A stretch of 64,000 nt of DNA from Phoronis australis. Its lineage: Eukaryota; Animalia; Phoronida. The number at the start of each line of letters is the position of its first letter. Position 1 is the first letter of the stretch. The notes below the pieces were generated by a model. The model had not been told where the DNA came from. It saw only the letters and a program-made list of their open reading frames with translations, and made no database searches. The stretch covers positions 1,051,119-1,115,118 of the forward strand of contig NMRA01000021.1 in the NCBI GenBank assembly GCA_002633005.1, read 5' to 3'. Positions 1-12,314 of this stretch are shown here, one piece after another. A program made the translations under genes and the position numbers.

Positions 1-704
1 GTTTAAATTTTGTCATGATGAGTTTGGCTTACCGGTACTTGTGAAAAGTTTGAAAACCTATGCAATAAGTTTGTAGACTTGTAGTGCAGTGTAACGAGAG
101 ATTAGTAATTTCTCAACCAAACTACAACATTTTGAATTTTTGGAACCAGGTCAATACACATTCCAATGCTTACAATAACTTCCCACAGTATTTACAGGAG
201 CTTTCGAACGTATACATGAATTATATAACTCCAGTCGAGTTTCAACTTTCAGCTGTGGAGAATACTGACTGGACTTGTCATGCGAAGATCTGTGAGCTAA
301 CACCTTCATTGCAACTTTCTTCTTTTCCGTTTTCGCATGCTTTGAAGTTTAAATTTTCTCAATGAAGTAAATTCCACTGAGGTCAGTCGATGTTTGTAGT
401 GCAATCTTACCAGTGTGTGACACACACCTTTCAATCGGGGTCACTCTAATCCCAATCGAAAGTCAAGCTGTAGCCATTCACAACAATCAATCTGACAACC
501 CACTTGTCACCTACGTAGACTACAGAGTGGCGAGATAGCAAACCTTGCCAAATTTATGGCGTATCTATGTAAGCGTCCAGAGCAACATAATATCTTATTC
601 AGTACTCCCATTTTCATGGGATATATCTGAGGTACGATCTAAGATATCAAAACAAGCTCTCATGTATGGGCCATGGCTATGATATTTCGGCTTTACAGTC
701 TCAC

Positions 705-1076
705 AGTAGGGAGGACGTTTTTTTACATTTTTTTTACAATACCCATAAGTCATACATTTTTGAAAAGCCCTTGGTGTGAGAAATGAAATGGTTCAAAAAT
801 CAGAAAAATTGGATGAACGGTTGACGAGAAAATGGCCGTTGAAACGCGACGATTATGCGCAAAATATCTGCCTTTTTACATAATTTCAAAAAAAATAAAA
901 GAATATAGATGTACTGCATATAAATAGATTCGTCTCATTGAGAAGATAATGATTTATAACACAAAATTGTCTTATAGTTAACTTTGAAGTCTGAAATCGG
1001 GTAATTTACCGACGTGGGTTTTACATGGAGGCAGATATGGAGCACCGTGACCTACTTTTTGATTGTCCTCCCTACT
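705..1076. mobile_element. MITE with perfect 12-bp TIR AGTAGGGAGGAC
   Basis: TIRs at 705-716 and 1065-1076, flanked by CAC on both sides (candidate 3-bp TSD). Confidence 0.6.
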
Positions 1077-1429
1077 CACTGCATAACCATAATCACAGCA
1101 CAATCTGGGTACTGGCAGTAGAATAATTGAATTTAGAAATTAGTGGTCCCTGATTTTGAGAACCAGACAAGCAATAAGTAGCAGACATGTTTTTGGCGTG
1201 GATGAAACTGCTATGATCACCAATATTTTCGACCACAGCAATCTGGCTGGCCACTACTCACTACTGGTACTGCACTAGCACTGCACTGCCTGACTGACAC
1301 TGAAAATTGATTCATCTGATCAGTCAGATCAGGACAGAAATTTAATTCTTAAATCATCAAATCAGCTGTTGATTAAGCACAAGAAACCACGTTTTGCAGT
1401 TACGAGGATAAACTAGATATCTACTTACC

Positions 1430-1760
1430 TCACAGGCTGACGTAAATGTATGAAATGGATACTGAAAATGTGAACAGCTTAACGGTTTTGCGCTTAAACT
1501 CAGTTTCCGGTTAGCTGGTCAGCGACACCTGTTGAAGAAAAGTTAACTTACTGCCCTCAGCGGCCACTCCCGCGTGCCGAGAACAGTTTGAAAGATGGCA
1601 AATTCTGTGGAAAATGACACTGTTTGGAAATTAGAGAGTGTTTAACCAATGACTACAATTATTTGATGTGACGAAAACGACTCACGAGCGTAGAGCGAAC
1701 AAAGACCGGCAGCGGGCGGGGCCCGGCCCCGCCCCCGGCGGGCCGCTGGGCTCCGGCTGG
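1430..1760 (-). promoter_or_regulatory. Candidate promoter/first exon of a gene running off the left edge
   Basis: GC-box cluster at 1714-1745, CCAAT at about 1647, YY1-like AAGATGGC at about 1592, and a strong minus-strand donor GAG|GTAAGT at about 1428. Confidence 0.3.
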
Positions 1761-1781
1761 AATGAAATGTTTACATATTGC

Positions 1782-3059
1782 CACGGCAGTATATATTTTT
1801 CTGAATCATAGACGGATTTTTAATTTTCCTTTTTCNNNNNNNNNNNNNNNNNNNNNNNNNNNNNNNNNNNNNNNNNNNNNNNNNNNNNNNNNNNNNNNNN
1901 NNNNNNNNNNNNNNNNNNNNNNNNNNNNNNNNNNNNNNNNNNNNNNNNNNNNNNNNNNNNNNNNNNNNNNNNNNNNNNNNNNNNNNNNNNNNNNNNNNNN
2001 NNNNNNNNNNNNNNNNNNNNNNNNNNNNNNNNNNNNNNNNNNNNNNNNNNNNNNNNNNNNNNNNNNNNNNNNNNNNNNNNNNNNNNNNNNNNNNNNNNNN
2101 NNNNNNNNNNNNNNNNNNNNNNNNNNNNNNNNNNNNNNNNNNNNNNNNNNNNNNNNNNNNNNNNNNNNNNNNNNNNNNNNNNNNNNNNNNNNNNNNNNNN
2201 NNNNNNNNNNNNNNNNNNNNNNNNNNNNNNNNNNNNNNNNNNNNNNNNNNNNNNNNNNNNNNNNNNNNNNNNNNNNNNNNNNNNNNNNNNNNNNNNNNNN
2301 NNNNNNNNNNNNNNNNNNNNNNNNNNNNNNNNNNNNNNNNNNNNNNNNNNNNNNNNNNNNNNNNNNNNNNNNNNNNNNNNNNNNNNNNNNNNNNNNNNNN
2401 NNNNNNNNNNNNNNNNNNNNNNNNNNNNNNNNNNNNNNNNNNNNNNNNNNNNNNNNNNNNNNNNNNNNNNNNNNNNNNNNNNNNNNNNNNNNNGATTTCT
2501 CGCACCCGGCGTCGCACCCGCGTCGGCACAACGTCAAACGTGCCCGACGCTGAGCCAGCGTTGGTTCGACGTCAAGACTGAACAATACCCAAAGAAGGAC
2601 AAATAGGCTGACTTATGCACGGCAGTAAATATTTTTCTGAATCACAGACGTATTTTTAATTTTCCTTTTTCAATTTGACGCTATAGTTAAATGGACCTAC
2701 ACTTTTTACACGACACGACGTTGTACCGACGTCGGACTCAGCACCACATATGATTTCTCGCACCGCGTCGCACCCGCGTCGGCCCAACGTCAAACGTGCC
2801 CGACGCTGAGCTAACGTTGGTCCGACGTCAAGACTGAACAATACTCAAAGTAGGACAAATAGGTTGACTTACACACTGTGACTACAAAAAAATTATATCG
2901 CAAGCGTCAAATTTACTTGGAAGTGCAAAACAGGCTTTTAAAAGCCGCATCTCGTAGACCGCCGACCAACGTCGGACCAACGTCAAAAAACTGACCGCGA
3001 CCAATCGACCTCGAGCCAACGAATGGCGACGTCGGCCCAACGTAGTGATGCTATCTGGG
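1782..3059. repeat. About 258-bp tandem repeat array spanning the assembly gap
   Basis: 2494 matches 2752 and 1782 matches 2618. Rich in ACGT/CGACG; ends in TGCTATCTGGG, a possible transposon terminus. Confidence 0.75.
1836..2493. other. Assembly gap (658 N)
   Basis: Run of N. Confidence 1.
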
Positions 3060-4234
3060 AATTTTAATCGAAGCCTTAATGAATCACTCAGAAGCTCACA
3101 ATTCTCTCTTTGTCAAACCTTGAGACGATTTCCAAAGCAATCGCATCATTAATGCCAACACAAAATAACCGGCAGATTTGGTCTTTTGGGCAATTGAAGA
3201 CTATTTTAAATACATCAAGTTTGTTACGAAATGATAGCACAAAATATAAAAAGTGTAATTAATATTACAAAAAGAAGAAAGTATCGCGCGCAAACGCTGT
3301 GGACCATAAACAAGTAGGTCTCTTAGTAACTAATTAGGAGTTAAATCGTGGTGGTGCAGTGGTAAAGCGGTTTTTCCTGTTTGACACTTTCTCCCCGTGT
3401 TTTTTTTTTTTTTGGTTTTTTTCTTGGATAATACTTCGGGAATCAAGGAAAATGCTTGTTTTTCAGAGGAAAAAAAAAACAGAAAAATGTCCTGGGCGGT
3501 TTGCCCCCCTCCCGACCTCCCCTGCTTTAATTGCGCAAATGTTTACAGACAAAATGTTGGGCCCCCCATTGTGATATCCTAGATCCGCCACTGTGACAAC
3601 TGAATACGCTACACTAATTAATCGGTTAATTCACATCGGAAAACTCCCGGCACACAAAAATATTACCAAATAAAACACCAAATTTGACAGTTTCCTCCCA
3701 CAAATACCAGTTCCCTGCAAGTGGTAGAAAAATCTGACTACAGATTCAGAATCCTAGATTTTAAAACTTGGTCAGGCCCCAGATATAGTCTATCTGAGGT
3801 CAGGCATACTTAGCAGTCACATCGTATACTGAGCTGAGCATGTGCCCCTCACCCGCCAGCTTTTTGCCGGGCTGTTTGACAGCCACGTCAATTGTGTGAC
3901 TGACAGCCACCTGAAATCGGGACACCTGCATCCCTACATTTTAGACTGGGCGAGCGCATGAGGGGAAATTCTGGTTATGCCTGTGCCCTTGCCCCCCCCA
4001 ACGGCAAAATCCTCAGTGGATCCGCCCCTGCATACCGCGGTAGTGATGGGGGTGACCTTACGAAAATGCCAGCTTTCGTGAACTACTTTGACGTTCTCTC
4101 AGATGAAGCTTATTTTTTGACATGCATTCCGGACACTCCTCCAACAGCAGTTCTTGTCGCCATCTTGTCCGACAAACTTTTATCCTTTATAGCGTTTTCG
4201 AACAAAACACGTTCAACTACATTGTGCATTTGAA

Positions 4235-5776
4235 ATGGTCAAGAGGTGTTCTCATGGTGTGTGTAATTCAGATAATCGTTATGCCGATAGAGACGAGACT
4301 CTTGTCACTTTTTGGCCGTAAGCCAATAAAGTGACGTTGACAGAGCAAACGGTGGATTAAACTGTGTGGACAACCCCACGAACAGCTAAACCTGTCAACA
4401 TTATTTGACCACTCGAAAGCTAAACACAAGTAAGTCTGTTCTAAGGTATGCATTCTTTTTTATGTATTTATTATCATTTGCAAACAATTACAAAAACAAA
4501 CAAACAAACAAATAAGTACACCATTCATTGCATGCACACCTCAGGAAGACCATTCTCATATCTCGTTTAAAGATATCTTCTGCATAAACAATAAAATTTT
4601 CCCATTTCGCAGAGAAGCTGTCATATACAAAGTTTTTATGTGCATTTAATTTTTCAGCATTATAGTATTCATAAGTTTTTGTAACGAACTTGAGAAAATT
4701 AGGTATATTTTTGTGACGTCTCTCCTTGTAAATGTACTGTTTAGCTAGTAGAAGCAAAATGTTAAATAGAAAATCATGCGTCTTGTAAAGTCCAAGAATA
4801 ACACTATCGTAAGACAGACAGATGCATTCTTTTTAATAATCCTTTGCAATATCTGATATTTGGCTCCGGATTACGGTCTTGTTAGGTGCGTGTCACGCGC
4901 CGGCCCGCAGGTCACTGCTGAACTGTTTACTGAGTCTGTCTCATGGGGTTATTCACGGTCATCAAATCAAGTTGCAACTGGGATTGGCGTTGCTTCAACA
5001 AAATCACTACCTTTGAATGGTGCACTAAAATATTTACAGTTGTTTCGAATTTCGGTTCCGGTTTGGACTTAGGCCTATGTGTCCGTCACGGCGCCGGCCC
5101 GACAATTGGCCATCAATCACTGGACAAGAAATTCTCGTTCATTTTTACTGTTAAACGTTTATTATAGTCCCTCGTTACCTACCAAAACGTTCGCTTTGCT
5201 TTGAGGGAAAACTGTTTTGCATTAAGTATTTTCTAATATTACTTATAACCGTATTGTCACAGTTTAAACACAGATTTTCAAAACTGCACCCTCTGACCAC
5301 TGAATACAACGTCTTTTTCCAGCTGTTCTTATGGCAGGAAACTGTGTGGTACTACTGGTTTTACAAAACGTCAGATTACGCATTACTCATAAAATTGGAA
5401 GCGGTCCATTTTATAGTTGATTACTCAAATGTTTGTTCTTTCTAAATTTTAAAAGAGATTCGGAGTTTTTTGTGTCATAAAATCCACTGAGCACTGTTAA
5501 CTTGCCCAGTGCTTTAAACTTTACCATGATTAGTGAAAATAGGAGATGATGTAAAACAATTCAACCAGTGATGATTTTCTTGTGCTAAAATATTACTTGG
5601 TGTTAATTCAGCATTTCAAAGATGGAAAACCAACGTAACGACAGAAAATCCTGATCCTCTACCAGCTTGCCAACATGTCAAGGTCACACCAGTTCGTCCA
5701 TGTCCAAAATCTCGGGCAACGACTGAAGTGAGCCACTCAAGAAGAAAAGAAATACTTTGCTCATACAATCATCAAG
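4235..5776 (+). pseudogene. Decayed THAP-domain (transposase N-terminus) gene, two exons 4235-4445 and 5612-5776
   Basis: MVKRCSHGVCNSDNRY...KRWIKLCGQPHEQLN...VCSK|HFKDGKPT..ENPDPLPA. The C2CH THAP signature is split by a phase-0 GT-AG intron and carries stops and frameshifts. Confidence 0.75.
4461..4821 (-). mobile_element. 5'-truncated L1/Tx1-type non-LTR retrotransposon with 13-bp TSD
   Basis: ORF2 C-terminus LLLAKQYIY...AEK...FSAKW, AATAAA and an A-rich end. TSD ATGCATTCTTTTT at 4448-4460 and 4822-4834. Confidence 0.8.
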
Positions 5777-6556
5777 GTAATCACTCTATATTTTAAGTAC
5801 CAGAACAAACAGCATGAGTGTACAATACCAGACGCTCACACAGAGTGTTAGATTGATGGAGTGCCCTAAAATTTCTCAATGAAACCAAACACCGTGCCTT
5901 TTTAGGAACCTCCAAAATGACTGAATCACAAATTTATCTGAATGTTAACAAACCAACACACCACTGCTGGACAGTGAGCGAGCCTGACTGTCTTCTAGTG
6001 GTTGAATATTGTGCTATATTACATTGTCGTTAAAATGTTTGCTGTGAGGACACAGAGCCCATTTCAAAGGCAAACCCTTCGGAGGACAACACATTGGGTT
6101 AGTATGAGTAAATAAACCAGAAAGCTAAAAATTAATAAAACGTCTTTCGAAGAAATGTTTTGTGCTATTTTTCAAATTATTTACAATTACTTTTTTGATT
6201 CCTTCCTACCAGTTATTCGTCAAAAGTGTGGTAAAGCTACCTGTATTTGGAGCACATTCGACTTCATCAAAAACTCCTACTACCTATTTTGTTTTACATT
6301 AATCATTTAAATCTCTCTCTCTCTGTTTACATCTGCCTCCTGCCTCGTGCAATTAGAAAATGTTTGTATCTATTATTTATATGACCCTCATCGTGCACTG
6401 AACTTTGTGAACGGCCAGTGTGGTATTTGCAGTCGTCGTTGGGGTTTGGAAACAACACAATCCCAACAGACAGGAGGCTGGTGTCAATATACTCAAAAAT
6501 TAGTGATGATTTTATGAGCTCGGTACATCAAAGCAGTTTTAAGAAGTCATCCGTTT

Positions 6557-6780
6557 TTACTTTTTGGGCACCATGAACTTGATGTATATGTCAGCCAGCT
6601 CCTCCAATAGATTTCTGAAGACCTTGTTGTCTGGAAAGATTCGCAACACTTCCAAGTCTTTCTTTGTATATGTCACAAAGTCACAAAACTTGGCTCCAGT
6701 GACCAGCAGTTGTCCTTGTACCTGGTAAAAGTACTGATGGTTTCTCTTGAGCTTTACTTCATCATTTTCGATTTCTAAAA
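6557..6780 (-). pseudogene. C-terminal fragment of a YqaJ/lambda-exonuclease-like transposon protein
   Basis: LKRNHQYFYQVQGQLLVTGAKFCDFVTY matches the YqaJ-type motif found in ISL2EU/Kolobok-type transposons. Confidence 0.8.
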
Positions 6781-6802
6781 CAATGTTTATCTACGTTCAA
6801 AG

Positions 6803-7038
6803 TTATTGACCGCATCCCTTATTCAGTGCGGATCGCATCCCTTATTGATCGCATCCCTTATTGACCGCATCCCTTATTGATCGCATCCCTTATTGGTCGC
6901 ATCCTTTATTGGTCGCATCCCTTATTGATCGCATCCCTTATTGATCGCATCCCTTATTGATCGCATCCCTTATTGATCGCATCCCTTATTGATCGCATCC
7001 CTTATTGACCGCATCCCTTATTGATCGCATCCCTTATT
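6803..7038. repeat. 16-bp minisatellite (TTATTGATCGCATCCC), about 14 copies
   Basis: Head-to-tail, nearly identical units. Confidence 0.95.
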
Positions 7039-9559
7039 TCCCAGTCTCTGGGGCACACAGTGTGAATGATATGCCATTGTAGTTACGGTACCCGTAGTTT
7101 TAGTTTGTGTTTCTTGTTTTTGCCTCTGATTTATATGTTTTTAAATTTTACTCATGTTTGTCACAAAATATCTCTTTAAAGCTATTGTTAATCTTGGTAT
7201 ATGTAATCTAACTTTAAATACATTTATGTTTAATTGTCAAACATGAAGTTTTCATACTTTCCCAGCGGACTGTCTCCGCTGGTTAGACTTGCCGGAAAAG
7301 CAACTTTTTTGCATTCCCGGGGGTACTTCACCGCCTTATCTTTTTTCATAGTTGCATTCTTCACTTCCAACAATTGGTTATGCCTCCTGAATTCTTGTTT
7401 GGAGACTATAAGCGGGCTGTTTTGCTGATTACAACAGACTCGACTAACAACTGAGTTCGGGACCGCCGAGAGCCGGGAATCTTTAGCTCCGTTCTTAGTT
7501 GTCGGCAGAATTTATTTGATCCATTTCCTGGAAAAATGGAGAACCACAGGTCAACCAGTCGGCTGTCAGAAATGAAAACATCGGGTGTACCTTAAAGAAG
7601 AACTTTTTAAGGGTTGTGATACCTACAGCTGTTTAATTTATGTGCTGTTCGCCAGGTTTTGACTATACTATCTGTCATCAACTGACCCAGGCGGCACTAG
7701 GGTGAAAGACTGAAACTGAGTAGTTGCAGACCTTTAGGTCCAAAGTTTCCAACCTTAGTTTTCACTAAACTTTGTTAGCTCAAATTTCGAGACAAGTTTG
7801 AAGAAGTGTAATTACGACTGTAATCTGAAATAAAATGAACCATGGGAGCGCCGGGCTCTTCCCGGAGCCAGCCGGGAACCCGCAGAGAAACGTATATCCG
7901 GGGATTAGGATATGGGGTGGCTTTTTGAAGCTACTAGCTTTGATCAGAGGTATAAAACAACAAAATCGTTTGCTTTTGTGATTTTTTACAAATCGCCAAT
8001 TTTTGCAGTTGTCTGCAGGAAAGTTACTGAAACCAAGATCGGTATCTTTACTATTAAATAGTTAAAGAAGCCTGGAACTCGAAAATCAGACTAAATCGCA
8101 TTATTCTGGCCAAAAAGGTTCTAATTTATTATTGCTATTGAAACAGATTTCAACGTTTTCATAAGATATTTTTGCGGTTTATTCTTTTATAAAGATTTTG
8201 AATTTCTGTTCATCTTAAATCATTTTGCTATTAGATAAAAATTAGAAAAACGATCTGTCACTAAGTTGATTTTTGTTCCACACAGGCAAGGCGAAACACG
8301 TCTCTTTACTTGGTACGACGAGACAAAGTCAAAGCACATTATTTTGGCCCCCATGTGGAAAATGTGACCTTTGATCTTTGATGTAAGCGAAACAATGGTG
8401 ACTTCAAGCAGCAGCCTGATTGAGGAGCAATTGGTGATTGAAATTAGTTACAAAGGTATCGCACTATTCAAATATAAAAATGCACTTGGAATTGTCTTTA
8501 GGAAATCTCTTGCTTCACTACAGCAGGGCGTGCCTCATATAATTATTGTGTCGCCCTCATATTCATGTCATTATATCCCTTTGTCAGTCACCTATTTGTC
8601 GAATGACTGAGCGCATTTACCATAGAGATAAAAATTAGAAACTCTGTGGTGAGTACAGTAATTTTTCCTTCTCGCGTTTCAGAAATGGTGAATTTTGTGG
8701 AAATTTCCTTGCAGGGGAAAGTGAATAGACGTTGCGAGATGGTACTTTAGTTAGAAATTGTTTAAAACATATTTTGACGAGCCTTCGTGCTCCATGCCTC
8801 TGAGTATGCTTGAACTCCGCCTGCAATACACTAAACAGCAACCGCGCCGAGGCCGATCTTGGAAAATCTTCTTTCTCATCGATATGGGAAAGTGGCATAA
8901 AACGTGAAAGAGACTAAATTGCATTCTTCAATCTGGTTCTCTGCCAATGAAACAGAAGCCAAGCTGTTCACCGACCGGGTATTTTTATGGTTTGTTCGTA
9001 AAGATTTTGAAAATTTGTTGATACCAAAGTATTTTTAGTTTTAAACTTCAAAAAAATGTATCAAGTACTCGTAACTTCGTCGCCGGATTTTTTTCCCACA
9101 CGACAAAGCACGTCTCTTTATTTAGTATGGCAATAGGCGTAGCACGTTTCACTTATGTAGATGGCTTTGACGTAAACAGAACAATGGCGATTTCAAGTAG
9201 CAGTCAGTGTTACTTGTTAGTGTGCATGCATTTTAATTACTAGGGGACGGATAATTTGAATAAACTGTATTGCGATGAATGTTTTATTTTGCCTGTTTCA
9301 AAAATTTTAGCGAATCTTATATTTTTTTCTAGAAATTCCTCCAATATTCGACGTCAATAACTCACCCGAGTAGACTCGCCACAACCTGTTTAAAAGGTGT
9401 TTTAATAACGGTTCACATTCCATACCTCTTGAAGAAGGCAAAATGTGGTCCATTCAAATATTCCATCGCCATTTGGCGACATGGTGTTCATCATGGCTGC
9501 TGTGGCGACTATTGATGGGCCAGAAGCTCAAATTACATGAAAAAAACAGGATCACTTAA

Positions 9560-11668
9560 AACTGTAGTTTTTTATTACTTGAAACATGTCTCCTGAAGTA
9601 GAATTCAAAGACACATGAAAAGCAGTTTCAACTCTAAAAAAGTTTCTGCCACCAGTTAATTCATCTAAAGCCAGTGTTTCTCACAGGAAACAGCACTGCT
9701 CCAATACAGACAGTAGACAGAACTGTGATCATCTTGTACTTATTAACAAATATCAACTGTTCTGTACTGAATTCAATGAATACACATGGGCATTTGAATT
9801 AAGAAAGAGAACGTTTGAATTCAACTCACTGACTTCATTCTCTTTGCTGGCGATGACTTCTATACAAAACAAGCAAAATGTTTGAAAACTTGCAATAATA
9901 CAAAATTTTAGTTTGATTAATGTGGGAAATATACATACAAGGATTTCATTCGATCTTTACAAACTGCAAGCAAAATTAGTTGTCCACAAAATTAACGCAA
10001 GGTTTCACATCCCTTGCTCATCACTACAACTCAAACTGAAGATACATCAAGTGTAACTACAGTCAAAAATCACCAGAACTTGGGACCTAATCTTTTTACT
10101 CGAAATCGATCTCGAAAATATATTTGGCATTTCCGGTCTTTTCTTATACAAATTTAATTATCTGTCATTTTGTGCTTTAATATGTTATGGACTACCCAAA
10201 CCACTGCGTAGTCCCATATTAGCACTTTAAGACTCCCAGATTTGAGCTAAAAACTGTAATGAAAACGCGAAATTTCGAGAAAAACTCAAAGCTTCAAGTT
10301 CAGACTGGAACTTATGGCTTAGTGCGGAGATCATCAAGAGCAAAATAGTATTAAACAGTCATCCACGAAAACCACAACATACTCGGGCACAGATCATCAA
10401 ACACCTATTTTGACATTCATTCTAAAGTAGGAAGGAAAGGTTTAAAATAATTTCAAGTTTGATTCTGAGTAAAAGACTAGATCGGGGCTCTATGACAAAA
10501 GGACCGAAATACTCGGTCATGACGCCCGGGTTCAAGCAGAATTCTCCATCAGAAGCTAGAATGACTGGCGTGTCATGATAGGAAGATGGTATTTTGTCCA
10601 ATTACACCGTACTTTTGGTGTGTACAGCAGAAGAGATATTCTACATATGTTGAGCATTTTGTTACAATAATTACTTTACATTATTTGAATATTTCAATGA
10701 CAACAAAATACCACAAAACAACCACTGCAATACAGAACAAGCGTCTTGCATCACCTAGTAGTCAAAATAGTCAGAAAATTTTTACATCCTACAGAACACT
10801 GAGTTTCAAATTCTCAAAAAATAGGATCCATCAATGAAGCCCTGAAAATGTTGAAACAAAAGCAATGTAAAGTATAGAAAATTCAAAATAAACACCGTCT
10901 CCAGATTAAACACTTAATATGTACAATATTTAAAGTTTCTCTATGTATATGAAGTCTGGACACAAAGCACTGAACTAACGAAATTGCTTGAAAGAAGCAC
11001 AGGGCACCTCGCACAATTTGGTAGGGGGTTTGCATTTGGAGGCCTGAATTTTTAACCCTTAGAGACGGGATTGAAATTTGCAGAAGAATTTGATCACCCA
11101 TGGTCAAAGCATACCACATATGATCACACCGAATGGTTTAAATCATGTTTTTGCAAAATGCACAGTTCACTAGAGCAAATTGTACTGGGTTATAGGGTTA
11201 GTTGGCTAAAAAGGACTTAGCATGGGACTTCTTCATCACAAGGGGCTCAAATCTGCATCACAAGGGGCTCAAATCCGTGGGTAGTCCCTGAGTATATGTC
11301 TCATTGGTGTGAATACTTTCAAAGCAAAAACGTTGACACCAAGGAACACATCAACAAAGCATCAGGTTCGAGGGAATGTAGTTTAAGTGTACATGGTAAC
11401 CATCATAATAAATGTAACAATATCCAATATAAAACAATCCACGAATGATTTTCTTCTGTATATATAGTGGAATGCATCTTATACTAATGTATACCAAAAC
11501 AGTACTATATACAATACACAAATCTTTCTACAATATTTAAATTCACAGAGATGTATGAACTTGATGGTTGGCTTTCCAAGCTTCCTTCAATCCGAGGTCC
11601 TATTTCACTGTATGTACAAAAGCATCCATCACCTATGGAGGACATCGGACATTAATTTTAGAGAATAC
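9560..11668 (-). other. Probable terminal 3'UTR exon of contactin
   Basis: Strong acceptor tgtttctctgtttcag before 11668, paired with donor AG|GTAAGT at 12181. AATAAA on the minus strand at 9571-9576. The 3' end is inferred. Confidence 0.5.
10082..10490. mobile_element. Older diverged relative of the same MITE group, in the contactin 3'UTR
   Basis: aatctttttactcgaaa at the left end, gagtaaaagactag...ggggc at the right end; similar length. Confidence 0.5.
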
Positions 11669-12183
11669 CTGAAACAGAGAAACACTCACTCTGATTAAAA
11701 GTTAAAAATACTATCCCAATATGAGAATTACAAGTTAAAAATACAATACTTAACATGAAAATTGCTGCACTATGGAAACCATGGTCACATTCCTACACCA
11801 GAAGACGACCAAAAAACAACTATGAGGATTCATTTGTGATTGTTGACATTTTCAAATTTGTTGATTAAACTATGCTGAAGGAGCAGTTAACAGCACCAAG
11901 AATTGTCATGCTTGAGTTTTAGCTCGAGACTGGTGGACTAAATTTGGTTGGTTTTACTGGTGTAATAAACAATGCATTTCTAGCAATAGGAAGACTCGCA
12001 TTTTGGATGCAACAGGTGAGAGGAAGCCTGCCAAAGAGCACGTTTCTCAAGCTTTTCATGTTGTCGATAACTACACAATATCCCCATTAAAACCTCACTC
12101 TGATCCCAGCGTTCATCACTTACTGCACACAGTCAAATGTCAGTCGACAGCTGATTCTACTCAACAGTTGGCCAAACTTACCT

Positions 12184-12314
12184 TCACAGTTTGTAGAGGA
12201 AGTGGACTAACAGTGTAATGGATAGAATAGTCCACGATGATGATGAGAAGGATGGTGAGCCCGCCGTTATCACGTTATCATCACACAGGTAATAGTATTG
12301 TGCATCAGGATTAT
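12184..12314 (-). CDS. Cont: Contactin exon 25: GPI-anchor signal (DNPDAQYYYLCDDNVITAGSPSFSSSSWTILSITLLVHFLYKL*)
   Basis: ctgcag acceptor in the required phase 1. Small residues (AGS), a Ser-rich spacer, a hydrophobic C-terminus and TGA. Confidence 0.82.

Larger units (their letters stand above)
4050..7600. mobile_element. Relic two-gene DNA transposon (THAP on +, YqaJ on -, convergent), ISL2EU-like
   Basis: Co-occurrence and orientation of the two fragments. Termini and the DDE core were not identified, so boundaries are approximate. Confidence 0.55.

Noticed and set aside
1762-2585. Three ORFs of 252-263 aa
   Set aside because: They are artefacts of translating the N gap.
6803-7038. CRISPR-like regular repeat
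   Set aside because: Units are contiguous with no unique spacers, there are no cas genes, and the context is eukaryotic.
8635-8898. 87-aa minus-strand ORF
   Set aside because: No recognisable domain or splice support.
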